Positions 1 through 11,228 of a stretch of 64,000 nucleotides of DNA are shown here, one piece after another. The stretch is from contig CAXXHB010000003.1 in assembly GCA_963664815.2 (NCBI GenBank), forward strand, positions 4,201,688-4,265,687, given 5' to 3'. The translations under genes were made by a program, and so were the position numbers. Under the pieces are notes generated by a model. It was given only the letters and a program-made list of their open reading frames with translations, made no database searches and had not been told where the DNA came from. Each line of letters begins with the position of its first letter. Within the stretch, counting starts at the first letter, position 1. The stretch is from Spirochaetota bacterium (GTDB lineage: Bacteria > Spirochaetota > UBA4802 > UBA5550).

Positions 1-417
1 GAGTCCAGAGGGGATGTGCTAGGTATACTTGAAAGCATGGATGATATAATTGATTTTTCCAAATCGATTATGTTCGAGTTTTTCGTCGAAAAACCTGATA
101 TCCCGCCCTCACTTCACGAAAGGATTAAAAAGCTTGCAGAGACTGCCGTTGACTCAACACAGGCGCTTGTACAGTCCACAAGATCATATTTTTATGATGT
201 AAACAGCGTAAAAGACCATCTCCACAAAGTTACATTTTTTGAAAACGAATCAGACCATCTATCAGAAAAAGCTAAAAGAGAAATTTTTCAGCTGAATATT
301 GACCTGAGCAGGAAACTTCACCTTAAAAATTTTGTTGTTTCGATAGATTCTATTTCAGATATTGCGGAAAAGATATCAAACAGGCTCTCCATCGCGGCAA
401 TGAAAAGGACAGTTTGA
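1..417 (+). CDS. DUF47 / PhoU-like phosphate transport regulator, 5' truncated by the window edge
   Basis: Frame is open from base 1. Helical protein with 'ESMDDIID...ENESDHL...ISDIAEKISNRL'. Its stop overlaps the pit start (TGATG), the usual DUF47-pit pairing. Confidence 0.85.
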   Translation, partial: ESRGDVLGILESMDDIIDFSKSIMFEFFVEKPDIPPSLHERIKKLAETAVDSTQALVQSTRSYFYDVNSVKDHLHKVTFFENESDHLSEKAKREIFQLNIDLSRKLHLKNFVVSIDSISDIAEKISNRLSIAAMKRTV

Positions 418-1898
418 TGTCGATACTTATCTTTCTCTCCAGTGGTCTTTTTCTTGGATGGTCATTCGGCGCCAATAATGCGGGAAATGTCTTCGGAACT
501 GCAGTGGGATCAAAAATGGTAAGTTTCAAAGTCGCAGCTATTGTAACAAGTATCTTCCTTATACTCGGTTCTTTTGTATCGGGAGCCGGGGCCACCCTTA
601 CACTTGGGAAACTTGGTTCAGTAAATGAAATCGGTGGTTCTTTTATAGTAGCCCTTGCTGCGGCAGTTGCTATATTCTGGATGACAAAACTTAACCTCCC
701 GGTTTCCACTGCCCAGTCAATAGTTGGTTCAATAATTGGATGGAACTTTTTTTCAGGATCAATAACTGATTACGAATCATTAATGAAAATAGTTTCGAGC
801 TGGGTTGTTGCACCATTAATATCAGGGGTATTCGCTGTTTTTATATACTTTTTGGTAAGACGCCTCCTCGGACGGATAAAAATACACATTCTCTTTCTTG
901 ATTTTTACAACCGAATAGGACTTATTATAGTCGGAGGTTTCGGGGCATACTCACTCGGTGCTAATAACATTGCAAATGTAATGGGCGTCTTCGTTCCTGT
1001 AGTTCCATTTAGACCTATGGAAACATATCTTGGTGCAATTTCAGGGAGTGAACAGCTTTTTATAATAGGCGGAATAGCCATGGCCGTGGGTGTCTGTACA
1101 TTCTCTGCAAAAACCATGCAGACTGTTGGTAATAATATAATACCACTGACACCGATCACCGCCCTTGTAGTGGTTTTTTCATCATCAACCGTTCTCTTCC
1201 TTTTTTCTTCTCAGAATCTTGAACGACTGCTTGTAACCCATGGACTTCCAGCTATTCCACTTGTACCGATATCAAGCGCACAGGCTGTTGTCGGCGCTAT
1301 CATCGGCATAGGTTTGTATAAGGGCGGAGGTAGTATAAATTATAAAATTCTGGGTAAAATAGCTTCCGGTTGGATTACTGCCCCGCTTCTTGCTTGTGTT
1401 ATAAGCTTTGTTTCTCTTTTTGTTATTCAGAACGTATTTAACCAGCCGGTTTACAGGCCTGTAAGATATAATATGTCTGCAGGTGTTGAAAAAAAACTCA
1501 TGGCAGAAGGGATAACCTTTCAGGGTATGGAACAATTTGTAAACAAAGAGTTTAAGAATGCTATAGAGTTTAAAAAAGCAATAATCGGTAAGGCCACCGA
1601 TCTTGAAAACTCAGATATTAGCCGAATTGTTGAACTTTCGGAGCTTAAAACTATTACTGTCAACACAGATATTATTGAATATGAGATCAATCAGGGTTGG
1701 TTCACATCTGAACAGGCGGAATCTTTAAAAAAACTGAATGGCAAAAGTTTTGTGTACTCATGGGAGCTTCGTGAAGAGCTTGAAGCAGCTACACAGGACT
1801 GGAGGCTTAAAAAAGAGACTCCTGAAGGGAGGCATATAAATAAAAACATCAACTCAAGGCTTGATTATATCTATAAAAAATTCTGGATAAGTAAATAA
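417..1898 (+). CDS. pit: PiT-family inorganic phosphate transporter with a soluble C-terminal extension
   Basis: Two PiT signature copies (GANNAGN, GANNIANVMG), PVSTAQSIVG and PISSAQAVVGAIIG, many TM helices. Confidence 0.92.
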   Translation: MSILIFLSSGLFLGWSFGANNAGNVFGTAVGSKMVSFKVAAIVTSIFLILGSFVSGAGATLTLGKLGSVNEIGGSFIVALAAAVAIFWMTKLNLPVSTAQSIVGSIIGWNFFSGSITDYESLMKIVSSWVVAPLISGVFAVFIYFLVRRLLGRIKIHILFLDFYNRIGLIIVGGFGAYSLGANNIANVMGVFVPVVPFRPMETYLGAISGSEQLFIIGGIAMAVGVCTFSAKTMQTVGNNIIPLTPITALVVVFSSSTVLFLFSSQNLERLLVTHGLPAIPLVPISSAQAVVGAIIGIGLYKGGGSINYKILGKIASGWITAPLLACVISFVSLFVIQNVFNQPVYRPVRYNMSAGVEKKLMAEGITFQGMEQFVNKEFKNAIEFKKAIIGKATDLENSDISRIVELSELKTITVNTDIIEYEINQGWFTSEQAESLKKLNGKSFVYSWELREELEAATQDWRLKKETPEGRHINKNINSRLDYIYKKFWISK

Positions 1899-2116
1899 AT
1901 TGTTTTTAAAAGCCATAAAACATTTATAAAAAAGTTGGGGGAATCTGCTCTTTAAAAAATTTACTCTTTGATTTAAATTGAATAAGCCCTGATAAATCAG
2001 ACTCTTCATGAAGTGAAGGGGAAAGCCGTTATTACCGAGATTAATAAGATAAACAAATACAACGCATGCCCTCTGAAGTGTAATGACAGGGAAGTCAGGA
2101 TTTCAGATTATCCAGA

Positions 2117-2536
2117 TCAATTTATATCCTCTCTTGAAAGCATTTCTTCAATTTCATCAGCTTTTGCCGCAACATAAATCAACGATTTCATAAATCTTCT
2201 CGGCTCACAGTTCTCTAACAATACAGTATTGTGCAACACAAGTGTATTATTATCAAGGGCCAGTGCACCATAATCAAATGTAAGATTCTGCTGCAGCGCA
2301 TTTTTATACAAATCCCATGTATTTTCTTTCAATGAGGCTATAACAGAATGATAATGTATTACTCTGTCTCCTGATTCATCCTTTTTTAAATATACAAGAA
2401 TATCCTGGGATCTTCCATTATCGAATTCAAGTGTAGTTGTATAATTTCCTTTTCTATCCTTATGAAATGGCATCTTGAATTCACTCGCAATTGCTGATAT
2501 AAAACCGTCAAAAATTTCCATTTTTACCTCTGACAA
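2117..2536 (-). CDS. YbjN / CesT-like (T3SS-chaperone fold) protein
   Basis: 139 aa acidic protein with 'GRSQDILV', 'ALQQNLTFDYGALAL' and C-terminal 'VAAKADEIEEML'. Confidence 0.6.
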   Translation of the reverse strand: MSEVKMEIFDGFISAIASEFKMPFHKDRKGNYTTTLEFDNGRSQDILVYLKKDESGDRVIHYHSVIASLKENTWDLYKNALQQNLTFDYGALALDNNTLVLHNTVLLENCEPRRFMKSLIYVAAKADEIEEMLSREDIN

Positions 2537-2801
2537 AATTTAATAATATTATTCATCTGTATTAATTTATTAACTTTCATAAACAAAATAAACTATTATC
2601 TTATAATTACTTAAGGATGCTTAGAAATAATAATGTATTTTTTTATTCCGAAAAATACATTTAAAAAGTAATTTATTATTACAGTATACTAAATAAAAGT
2701 CAAGTTTGAAATTTATCTGTTGATTCAACTGGTATTTTTTATTGACATGCTTCTTAATGAAAGACATCTTAAATATAGCTCCTGATGAAAGGATAATTTT
2801 T

Positions 2802-3689
2802 ATGATAGAAGGTATCTTTGTTGAAGGTTTGATATATGGAATAATGGTTCTCGGTGTTTTTATAACCTACAGAATTCTCGATTTCCCGGACCTCACTGTT
2901 GATGGATCATTTCCAATGGGAGCCGCGATAATGGCTTCGCTTATTGTGAATGGATATAATATATTTTTTGCGCTCCTTGCCGCTTTCGCAGGAGGTGTTT
3001 CTGCGGGAGTTGTTACTGCGACAATTCATAACAGACTCAAAGTTCCAAACCTCCTTGCAGGAATACTAACAATGACAATGCTCTGGTCCATTAATATACG
3101 GATATTGGGAAACAGAGCAAATCTTCCGCTGCTTCAGAATCATACAATAATTACAGACATTGTTGCTGAGACAGAGAGTTTTATTCCACGAGAATATTCA
3201 GTACTTATATTTTTTTTTCTCGTAGCTATAATAATAAAAATTTTACTCGATCTTTTCTTTAAAACAGATATGGGTTTGACTCTTGGTGCTCTTGGTAATA
3301 ACCAGCAGATGGTCATTTCACAGGGAGTTAACATAAACATTATGAAAGCTATCGGTGTAGGTCTCTCTAACGGTCTTGTTGCCGTTTCTGGCGCCTTCGC
3401 AGCACAATATCAGGGTTTTGCGGATGTTGGCCTCGGTACAGGCATAGTTATAGTCGGGCTAGCATCAGTGATGATCGGTGAATTTATTGTTACTTCTAAC
3501 AAAATATGGGTACTCACACTGAGAGTACTTGCTGGATCAATAGCCTATAAAGCCATCATGTACCTTGGGCGGTATTATGGTTACCACATCGGGCTTACAC
3601 CTAATGACCTTAAGCTGATTGCAGGTCTTCTTATTATTTTATGCCTGATGATAGCACAGGGTAAAAATAAAAATGTTTTGAAAAGGTAA
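2802..3689 (+). CDS. ABC transporter permease (COG4120-type, putative aromatic amino acid uptake)
   Basis: 'ITYRILDFPDLTVDGSFPMG', 'LLAGILTMT', 'QYQGFADVGLGTG'. ATG 2802 follows an AAAGGA RBS. Confidence 0.88.
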   Translation: MIEGIFVEGLIYGIMVLGVFITYRILDFPDLTVDGSFPMGAAIMASLIVNGYNIFFALLAAFAGGVSAGVVTATIHNRLKVPNLLAGILTMTMLWSINIRILGNRANLPLLQNHTIITDIVAETESFIPREYSVLIFFFLVAIIIKILLDLFFKTDMGLTLGALGNNQQMVISQGVNINIMKAIGVGLSNGLVAVSGAFAAQYQGFADVGLGTGIVIVGLASVMIGEFIVTSNKIWVLTLRVLAGSIAYKAIMYLGRYYGYHIGLTPNDLKLIAGLLIILCLMIAQGKNKNVLKR

Positions 3690-3693
3690 AAAA

Positions 3694-4491
3694 ATGATCA
3701 GGCTTGAAGATATAAAAAAGGTTTTCCACGAAGGGACGGTTAATGAAAATACCGCCCTTAAAAATATCAATTTAACAGTAAATGAAGGAGATTTTATTAC
3801 CATTATTGGGAGCAATGGAGCCGGAAAAACTACCCTGTTCAATACTATTTCAGGATCGGTTCCCCTTACTGCGGGTCAGATTTTTTTTAACAATGAAAAC
3901 ATAACAAAAATTCCAGAGTACAGGAGAGCAAAATTTATCGGTAGAATTTTCCAGGATCCGCTTCTCGGAACCGCATCGAATATGAGCCTTGAAGACAACA
4001 TGATGATCTGTAACAGGAAAGGATTTAAAGGACTTAAAATCAGTTTAAACAGTAAAACAAAGGAAATATTCCGGAATGAACTTAAACTTCTCCAAATGGG
4101 ACTTGAAGACAGGATGGAACACAACCTTCAGCTTTTTTCGGGCGGGCAGAGGCAGGCTCTTACTCTTCTTATGACAGTATTGTCAAATCCTGCCCTTATA
4201 CTCCTTGACGAACATACAGCCGCGCTTGACCCGAAAAATGCAGCGATTGTCCTTGAACTGACAGACAGATTTATATCTGAAAGAAAACTTACCGCAATGA
4301 TGATAACACATAATATGAGCCAGGCCATTAAATACGGCAACCGTACCCTGATGATGCACAAGGGAGAAATTATACTCGACATTTCCGGAGAAGAGAAAAA
4401 GGATATGACTGTCGAAGGACTTGTTCAGAAGTTCTATACGGTTAAAAATGAACTGTTGACAAACGATGAAGTACTTCTATCGCATGAGTAA
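3694..4491 (+). CDS. ABC transporter ATP-binding protein (COG1101-type)
   Basis: Walker A GSNGAGKT, signature FSGGQRQ, 'LLDEHTAALDPK'. Confidence 0.92.
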   Translation: MIRLEDIKKVFHEGTVNENTALKNINLTVNEGDFITIIGSNGAGKTTLFNTISGSVPLTAGQIFFNNENITKIPEYRRAKFIGRIFQDPLLGTASNMSLEDNMMICNRKGFKGLKISLNSKTKEIFRNELKLLQMGLEDRMEHNLQLFSGGQRQALTLLMTVLSNPALILLDEHTAALDPKNAAIVLELTDRFISERKLTAMMITHNMSQAIKYGNRTLMMHKGEIILDISGEEKKDMTVEGLVQKFYTVKNELLTNDEVLLSHE

Positions 4492-4572
4492 TTGAGAGTA
4501 AAAGTATCTGAAGATGAAACTGATAGAGCTATCCATCCATTTGTTTTAAAAGGTTATTATTAACTATAAACA

Positions 4573-6390
4573 TTACATTTCTGCACTCTCATAAACCTTA
4601 ATAAACCTGTCCACCAGTTCTCCGAAATGTTTAATTGCTCTCTCAATCGGGGCAGATGTGCTCATATCAACACCCGCATCAACAAGTGCATCAAGTGGAT
4701 ACTTGCTGCCTCCAAGTTTAAGAAAGCCTAGATATGCATCACGTGCGGATTTCCCTCCTGAAATAACTTTGTCAGCAAGAGCAATAGCGGCGGAGATACC
4801 AGTTGCATACTTATAAACATAAAATGCCGAGTAAAAGTGTGGTATCCTCAGACACTCAAGTGTCAACACATCATCTATGAAAAGTTTATCTCCAAAGTAG
4901 GTTTCAAGGAGTACCCTGTACTCGCGCATAATAACCTCAAGCGTCAGAGGATCATTCTGCTCGACAATTTTATGGGAACGCATTTCAAATTCGGCAAACA
5001 TTGTCTGTCTGTACAGAGTCGCCCTGATGTTGTCAATCTCCCTGTTTAGGATATATCCCTGCATCTTTGCGTCATCTCTATAAAGATCAAGCAGGTACCT
5101 GCTCAGAAGAGTTTCGTTGAATGTTGAAGCAACCTCGGCTACAAATATGGTATAATCGCTGAGAATATACGGCTGCGCATGTTTTGAATAGTATGAATGC
5201 ATTGAATGACCGGCTTCATGTATAAGCGTATAAAGGCTGTTAATATTTTTGTCTTCATAGTTTAGAAGGATATAAGGGGGAGAGTCATAGCATCCCGATG
5301 AATATGCTCCGCTTCTCTTGCCTTTATTCTCATAACGGTCAACCCATCCTCCAAGAAGACCTTCTCTCATAATCGTTGTATACTCCTCTCCAAGTGTGGC
5401 AAGAGATTTTACGCATATCTCCACCGCCTCATCATATGTCATACTGAAATTAACATCACCTACAAGCGGAACATATGTATCGTAGAAATGAAGTATGTCA
5501 AGATTGAGTGTTTCTCTCCTGAAATCGAGGTATTTAAACAGCGGTGCAGTATTGTTCCTCACTGTACCGACAAGATTATCATATACTTTCTCCGGCATAT
5601 TGTCCGTGAAGAGTGAAGCCTCCCTGCTATTCTTAAACTTTCTCACTTTTGCGTAGAAGCTGTCTTTCTTGTTTGAGTGATCAAGTGTCGCGGCAACAGT
5701 ATTTTTCACATTTATATAGGACTGGTAATACTGGAAAAAAGCCTGACTGCGTATATCTCTATCGGAATCCTGTAAAAATGTACTGAAATTTCCATGGCTT
5801 AATTCCACTTCATTTCCTTCACGGTCGGAAATAGTGCCAAAAGTCATATCTGCATTATCGAGCTGGCTGAATATCTGCGACGGAGCATGGGCGACTTCTC
5901 CCATCATGGCGATAACCTGCTCAATTTCTTTTGAAAGAGTATGAGGTTTAAATTTTAAAATCTTCTCCAGGTAAAACCTGTAATCTCTCATAGACGGATT
6001 GTCCATGTATGATAGCACGATCTTTTCGTCAATTTCCTGGATCTCGGGAGTCATAAAGCTTGAAAGCTCGGATATCCTGGTGTAAAGGTTTACCGACCGC
6101 TGGTACATCGCAAGCGTAAACTGGTTTGTTTTATCTTCATCGCTTCTAAGGTGTGCATAGGTATAGATTTTTTCAGTCTCCCGTGAGATGTTCATGTCAT
6201 ATTCAAGCGAGTTTCTGAAGGTTTCAAGCGACTCACCCATATGCCCTTTGAATTTCTCATAACCGCTGATTTTTCCTTCAAGCTCATTGTATAGTTTTTC
6301 CCATTCATCATCATTTTTTATCATTTGTGTGAGATCCCACTTATAATTATTGTTAATCTCGTTCCTTTCAGGTATATTTTTTAAAGCCAT
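4573..6390 (-). CDS. pepF: Oligoendopeptidase F (peptidase M3B)
   Basis: HEAGHSMHS zinc motif, 'GKRSGAYS', 'IFVAEVASTFNE', 'RIPHFY...YVYKYATG'. Confidence 0.96.
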   Translation of the reverse strand: MALKNIPERNEINNNYKWDLTQMIKNDDEWEKLYNELEGKISGYEKFKGHMGESLETFRNSLEYDMNISRETEKIYTYAHLRSDEDKTNQFTLAMYQRSVNLYTRISELSSFMTPEIQEIDEKIVLSYMDNPSMRDYRFYLEKILKFKPHTLSKEIEQVIAMMGEVAHAPSQIFSQLDNADMTFGTISDREGNEVELSHGNFSTFLQDSDRDIRSQAFFQYYQSYINVKNTVAATLDHSNKKDSFYAKVRKFKNSREASLFTDNMPEKVYDNLVGTVRNNTAPLFKYLDFRRETLNLDILHFYDTYVPLVGDVNFSMTYDEAVEICVKSLATLGEEYTTIMREGLLGGWVDRYENKGKRSGAYSSGCYDSPPYILLNYEDKNINSLYTLIHEAGHSMHSYYSKHAQPYILSDYTIFVAEVASTFNETLLSRYLLDLYRDDAKMQGYILNREIDNIRATLYRQTMFAEFEMRSHKIVEQNDPLTLEVIMREYRVLLETYFGDKLFIDDVLTLECLRIPHFYSAFYVYKYATGISAAIALADKVISGGKSARDAYLGFLKLGGSKYPLDALVDAGVDMSTSAPIERAIKHFGELVDRFIKVYESAEM

Positions 6391-6653
6391 TTAATTCTCT
6401 CCTAACCATATTTAATACAGAATACGCTTGAATATATAAATGGTCAAGTCCCTTAATAATCTTCCGTTTAAAAATTTTATCTTGATATAGTTATTTTAGA
6501 AATCAGAACAATTATGTTCATCCTTGAATTGAAACATCAAACAAGAGTACTCTTTTTAAAATGCTTGATCTTTTACTGTCCTGAAACATTTTTGTCATTC
6601 ACCGGATATTTTAAAAAACCCCGGATTTAAAAGCAGAAAAAGGTAAACAGCAG

Positions 6654-8150
6654 ATGATAAAAGTTTCAGGACTTAATAAATCCTACGGCGGCCAGGTACT
6701 CTTTGAAGACTTTAACCTGAATATAAATCGCGGAGAAAGAATAGGCCTCGTTGGAAGAAATGGTCATGGAAAATCAACACTTTTCCAGATTATTCTTGGA
6801 CACACCGAAATTAACTCAGGAAGCATCACTATCCCGAAGAATTACCGAATAGGGCATCTTGAACAGCATCTGCATTTTACGAAACCGACAGTTCTTGAAG
6901 AATGTTCACTAGGCCTTCCCGCAGGCGAAGAATATGAGACATGGAAAGTTGAAAAAATACTCTCAGGCCTTGGATTTTCAGAAAAGGATATGGGAAATGA
7001 TCCATTACTGTTCTCCGGCGGATACCAGATACGTATGAACCTTGCAAAGCTTCTGGTATCAGACCCTGATATGTTGCTGCTTGATGAGCCCAACAATTAT
7101 CTCGATATCGTGGCAATCAGATGGCTTGAGGATTTTCTTAAATCATGGGGCGGCGAATTTATTCTTATTACGCATGACAGAAGTTTTATGGACAGCGTTG
7201 CAACCCATATTGTCGCTATTCATCGAACTAAAGCTAAAAAAGTTGAAGGCGACACGGATAAACTTTACACCATGATAAATCAGGAAGAGGAGATTTATGA
7301 AAAAACCCGTCTGAACGAAGCAAAAAAAAGAAAGCAGGAGGAGATATTCATAGCAAAGTTCAAGGCAAAGGCAAGTTTCGCAAGCCGCACACAATCACGT
7401 GTAAAGAAGCTTGAAAAACAGGGAGAGATGAAAGCTCTAGAAATTATTGAAGATCTCGACTTATATTTCAACAGCGCACATTTCTCTGCAGGGCAGATGA
7501 TATCAGTCGAAGATATATCCTTTTCATATAACGGAATAGAACCATTCCTGATAGAAAACTTTTCTCTTACTGTTGGCAAACGCGACAGAATCTGTATCAT
7601 CGGGAAAAACGGTAAAGGAAAATCAACACTTATCAAACTGCTTGCCGGCGAACTGAACCCGCTGAGTGGTACTATTAAGAAACATTCATCTCTGCTTGAA
7701 GGATATTTCGGACAGACAAACAAGCTTGATCTTAACGATAACAGAGCCGTATTTGAGGAGATAAGAAGTGCGGATAAATCCTGCAATGAATTTAAAGCAC
7801 GAAGCATTGCAGGGGGATTGATGTTTCCCGGAGATCATGCACTAAAAAAAATAAAAGTTTTATCCGGCGGAGAGAAGAGCCGTGTACTTCTTGGAAAAAT
7901 TCTTGTCACGCCTTGTCACCTCCTCTTTCTTGATGAACCGACAAATCACCTTGATATGCAGTCCTGCGATTCACTTATAGAAGCCATTGATGATTTTGAC
8001 GGATCAGTAATAATGGTAACACACAATGAAATGCATTTAAAAAGCGTTGCAACAAAACTCATTGTATTTGACAATAACACGATAAGCATATTTCACGGCA
8101 CGTACGATGAGTTTCTCACTGATGTCGGCTGGTCCGACGAGGAGTTTTAA
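6654..8150 (+). CDS. ABC-F family ribosome-associated ATPase
   Basis: Two NBDs ([25 protein letters not shown] and [26 protein letters not shown]) joined by a coiled linker, no TM segments. Confidence 0.92.
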   Translation: MIKVSGLNKSYGGQVLFEDFNLNINRGERIGLVGRNGHGKSTLFQIILGHTEINSGSITIPKNYRIGHLEQHLHFTKPTVLEECSLGLPAGEEYETWKVEKILSGLGFSEKDMGNDPLLFSGGYQIRMNLAKLLVSDPDMLLLDEPNNYLDIVAIRWLEDFLKSWGGEFILITHDRSFMDSVATHIVAIHRTKAKKVEGDTDKLYTMINQEEEIYEKTRLNEAKKRKQEEIFIAKFKAKASFASRTQSRVKKLEKQGEMKALEIIEDLDLYFNSAHFSAGQMISVEDISFSYNGIEPFLIENFSLTVGKRDRICIIGKNGKGKSTLIKLLAGELNPLSGTIKKHSSLLEGYFGQTNKLDLNDNRAVFEEIRSADKSCNEFKARSIAGGLMFPGDHALKKIKVLSGGEKSRVLLGKILVTPCHLLFLDEPTNHLDMQSCDSLIEAIDDFDGSVIMVTHNEMHLKSVATKLIVFDNNTISIFHGTYDEFLTDVGWSDEEF

Positions 8151-8205
8151 AAAGGAGCTTAATAGGTATAAACTGCAATTCGCTTATAAAGAGAGGTTAG
8201 TACAT

Positions 8206-8517
8206 ATGATCGCACGCGAATGGAGATGCTTCTGCCCTGCAGATAAAATTGAAACATTTATTCCCTACCTTCACATCACCGGGATTAAAGATGCTGAAAA
8301 TACAACGGGTTATATCGGCGCAGAAATACTACAAAGAATATCTGGTAATTCTTTTGAAGTTGTTCTCATAACCTACTGGAACTCAATAGAATCAATCAGT
8401 AAATTTGCAGGGAGTGATATTGAAAAAGCTGTATTGTATCCTGATGATTGTAAATATGGAATTACCTCCGATCCGGTCGTAAAACATTACTCAGTAGTTG
8501 AAAAAAATTTTTTATAG
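8206..8517 (+). CDS. Antibiotic biosynthesis monooxygenase (ABM)-like protein
   Basis: 'MIAREW...LITYWNSIESISKFAGSDIEKAVLYPDD' pattern. ATG 8206 follows GAGAGG. Confidence 0.75.
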   Translation: MIAREWRCFCPADKIETFIPYLHITGIKDAENTTGYIGAEILQRISGNSFEVVLITYWNSIESISKFAGSDIEKAVLYPDDCKYGITSDPVVKHYSVVEKNFL

Positions 8518-8776
8518 TTACCCCATCTTCAACATGTATATCTCTGATATTGAGGTAATACAAATTTTTTACTTCTCCAATAAATAATAGTTTTAAAGCA
8601 TCCCCTTGCATTACTTAAAAATTTTTAAGAGATTTCATTACATTTTTTTGAAAAAGAACAAATCAATATTAAATTCCCTCCATAGGAGAATACATCTATC
8701 AGGTAATAATACATTTTATGATGTTTTTTTAATGGCATATATTTTCTGTTAAGATGATTTTAATGGGAGTAACACT

Positions 8777-10336
8777 ATGAGTTCAACAAGTAAGATAAAA
8801 ACATTTGACGAAAGTAAACTTGAAAAATCAGCAATCTTTAAAGATATAATGCATACCAACAACCGGAGAATGCTGAAATCATTTATTACTATACTGATAA
8901 TTGCCAATTTTGCAGTAACCGTTATCAAATTTACAGGGAAAGGATCGGCATACCTTACATACCAGACAATACTTATTCAGATACTGACAATTTCAATAAT
9001 CCTGGTTTTCACTGAATTCATGATCAGGAAACGTACAGGTTCAATATTCTCAGGGTATCTGACTATCACGTCAATTGTAGTTTGTCTCGGGATCTTTCAA
9101 TTTTCATTTCACGGAGCATCAGAACTATTTGCAGCCAATTATATTACTCTTGCTCTGTGTATATTCTACTTTAATCCATGGTTATGCATTTACAGTCTTC
9201 TCATGGTTCTTTTTTCTCAAACTGTGTTGTTTTTTTTGAGACCTCAGATTATCCCCGGTGGACCAGCCAGCAACATTATTGTAAGATATATTGTATACCT
9301 GATGGTTGGCCTTGGCGCAACTACGGGAGCATCGGCCGCGCGCCATCTTCTTAAATTAACAGTTTCGAAACATAACGAGTCTATGAATAATATTTTTTCA
9401 TTGAAAGAGATGGCTCGATCAGTTATTAACTCTATAATGATCCTTAAAACACATGTTTCCCAGCAAGAGGAGATTTCTGACAGTATGAACTCCATATCTG
9501 AAAATCAGGCTTCTGCACTAAACCAGATCACTGATTCCCTTGAAACTCTGGCCTTAAATGCCGAAGCGGTTACTGAAACATCACGTTCACTCTATAATGA
9601 AATGAGTTTAACCGTAGACGAGATTAATGATCTGAAAGACGTTAATGATTCCCTACAGAGCGACTCGCTTCATGTCCAACAGACACTTGGAGAGCTCCTT
9701 ATTCATTCAAAAGAATCGTTGTCTCATATAGACAGGACTCGTAACAGGTTTATTACTGTACTTGAAAAGAGCAGTGACATGTCTAATTTTATAAATCTTA
9801 TAAACGATATAGCTGATAATGTTAACCTTCTTTCGCTGAATGCTTCTATTGAAGCCGCGCGTGCCGGTGATGCGGGACGCGGTTTCGCGGTAGTCGCTGA
9901 ACAAATTTCAAAACTCGCCGATCAGACATCTGCAAACTCAAAAAAAATTGAGAAAATTATAAAAGAAAACTCCAGTATAATTAATGAGAGCCATGGCCTT
10001 ATAGGTGAATCTGCTTTGTTAACAGAAAAACTTCATATTGCTGTTTCGGGAATAAAAGACCAGATTGATATCGCAGTAAACAAAATAGGGGATATTGATG
10101 TAACCATACGGACTATTCGTAATTTAAATGACCATGTCCACAATTTCAGCAAAACAATTGAAAAATCAACAACAGAACAGAAACAATCAACTGAAGAATC
10201 AAGCAAAACAACTTCAGAAATTGCGGGTCAGGCCGGAGAGATAGTAAACATCTCACGAAGAATAAATGAATCCACACGAATTCTCAATGAACTCGCAGAA
10301 GGATTAAGGGGCCTCGCAGGGGGGATCATAGCCTGA
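8777..10336 (+). CDS. Methyl-accepting chemotaxis protein with a polytopic N-terminal membrane domain
   Basis: Signalling hairpin '[37 protein letters not shown]' and about 5-6 hydrophobic segments in the first ~185 aa. Confidence 0.9.
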   Translation: MSSTSKIKTFDESKLEKSAIFKDIMHTNNRRMLKSFITILIIANFAVTVIKFTGKGSAYLTYQTILIQILTISIILVFTEFMIRKRTGSIFSGYLTITSIVVCLGIFQFSFHGASELFAANYITLALCIFYFNPWLCIYSLLMVLFSQTVLFFLRPQIIPGGPASNIIVRYIVYLMVGLGATTGASAARHLLKLTVSKHNESMNNIFSLKEMARSVINSIMILKTHVSQQEEISDSMNSISENQASALNQITDSLETLALNAEAVTETSRSLYNEMSLTVDEINDLKDVNDSLQSDSLHVQQTLGELLIHSKESLSHIDRTRNRFITVLEKSSDMSNFINLINDIADNVNLLSLNASIEAARAGDAGRGFAVVAEQISKLADQTSANSKKIEKIIKENSSIINESHGLIGESALLTEKLHIAVSGIKDQIDIAVNKIGDIDVTIRTIRNLNDHVHNFSKTIEKSTTEQKQSTEESSKTTSEIAGQAGEIVNISRRINESTRILNELAEGLRGLAGGIIA

Positions 10337-11228
10337 GAAGATTCTCAAGAGCCCCCATCAATTCCGGAAACTTGAACTTATACCCTTCATTCAGCAATTT
10401 CTCCGGAATCGCCCGCTGCCCAACCGTAAGATACAAACCAAATTCTCCAAGCAGGATTCTGAGCACAAATCGCGGCACAAATGGTATAAGAACAGGCCTT
10501 TTAACAGCCCACGCCATTACTTTAGTAAAATCCCTGTTAGTCACAATTCCCGGCGCAGTACAGTTATATGGACCTGACATTTTTTTATCTGAAATAGCTT
10601 TGAGAACAATTCCCGTAACATCATCGATATGTATCCAAGGAAACCACTGCTTTCCGTTTCCGAGAAAACCGCCGAGCATTAACTTATAATTCTTCACAAG
10701 CTCCGGAAATGCCCCACCACCTAAACCAAATACTGAACCGAAACGGAGAAGAACTATGCGGAGTTTTTTACTCTCCCCGTTCAGCGCCTCACTTTCCCAA
10801 TCACCGCAAACCTCCGCAAGGAAATTTCTACCTCTTCCTGACTGTTCAGTAATTATTTCATCTCCCCCCTCTCCGTAAAAACCTACGGCTGAGGCATTTA
10901 TCACTGTTTTTCCTTTTGAATTTCCGGTGTTGAAGGAATTTATAATATTCGCTGTTGACATTACTCTGCTGTCATATATCTTTTTTTTAACACTTTTATT
11001 CCATCTCTGAAAAAGATTTATTCCAACAAAATTTATGATGATATCATTTTCGGCAATTTTTTTCTGCCACTCCCCCGGGATCATCAAATCTGCACAGACG
11101 AATGCAATACCATTCTTCAAATCCGCCTCTCTCCTTGCAAAGAGTGTAACATCATGCCCTGCCTCTTTAAGGGATGAAATAACATGTCTCCCGAGAAAAC
11201 CCAATCCTCCTGCAACAGCTATTTTCAT
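10326..11228 (-). CDS. TIGR01777 / YfcH-like NAD-dependent epimerase-family oxidoreductase
   Basis: GGLGFLG Rossmann motif, '[10 protein letters not shown]', '[14 protein letters not shown]', 'GQRAIPEKL'. Confidence 0.9.
   Translation of the reverse strand: MKIAVAGGLGFLGRHVISSLKEAGHDVTLFARREADLKNGIAFVCADLMIPGEWQKKIAENDIIINFVGINLFQRWNKSVKKKIYDSRVMSTANIINSFNTGNSKGKTVINASAVGFYGEGGDEIITEQSGRGRNFLAEVCGDWESEALNGESKKLRIVLLRFGSVFGLGGGAFPELVKNYKLMLGGFLGNGKQWFPWIHIDDVTGIVLKAISDKKMSGPYNCTAPGIVTNRDFTKVMAWAVKRPVLIPFVPRFVLRILLGEFGLYLTVGQRAIPEKLLNEGYKFKFPELMGALENLLRL

Noticed and set aside
2802-4491. ABC transporter lacking an adjacent substrate-binding protein
   Set aside because: Binding proteins of this family are often encoded elsewhere, so this is not informative without the rest of the genome.
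8732-8748. Sigma54 promoter upstream of the first MCP (TGGCAT...)
   Set aside because: The required GC at -12 is missing (reads TTCT rather than TTGC).
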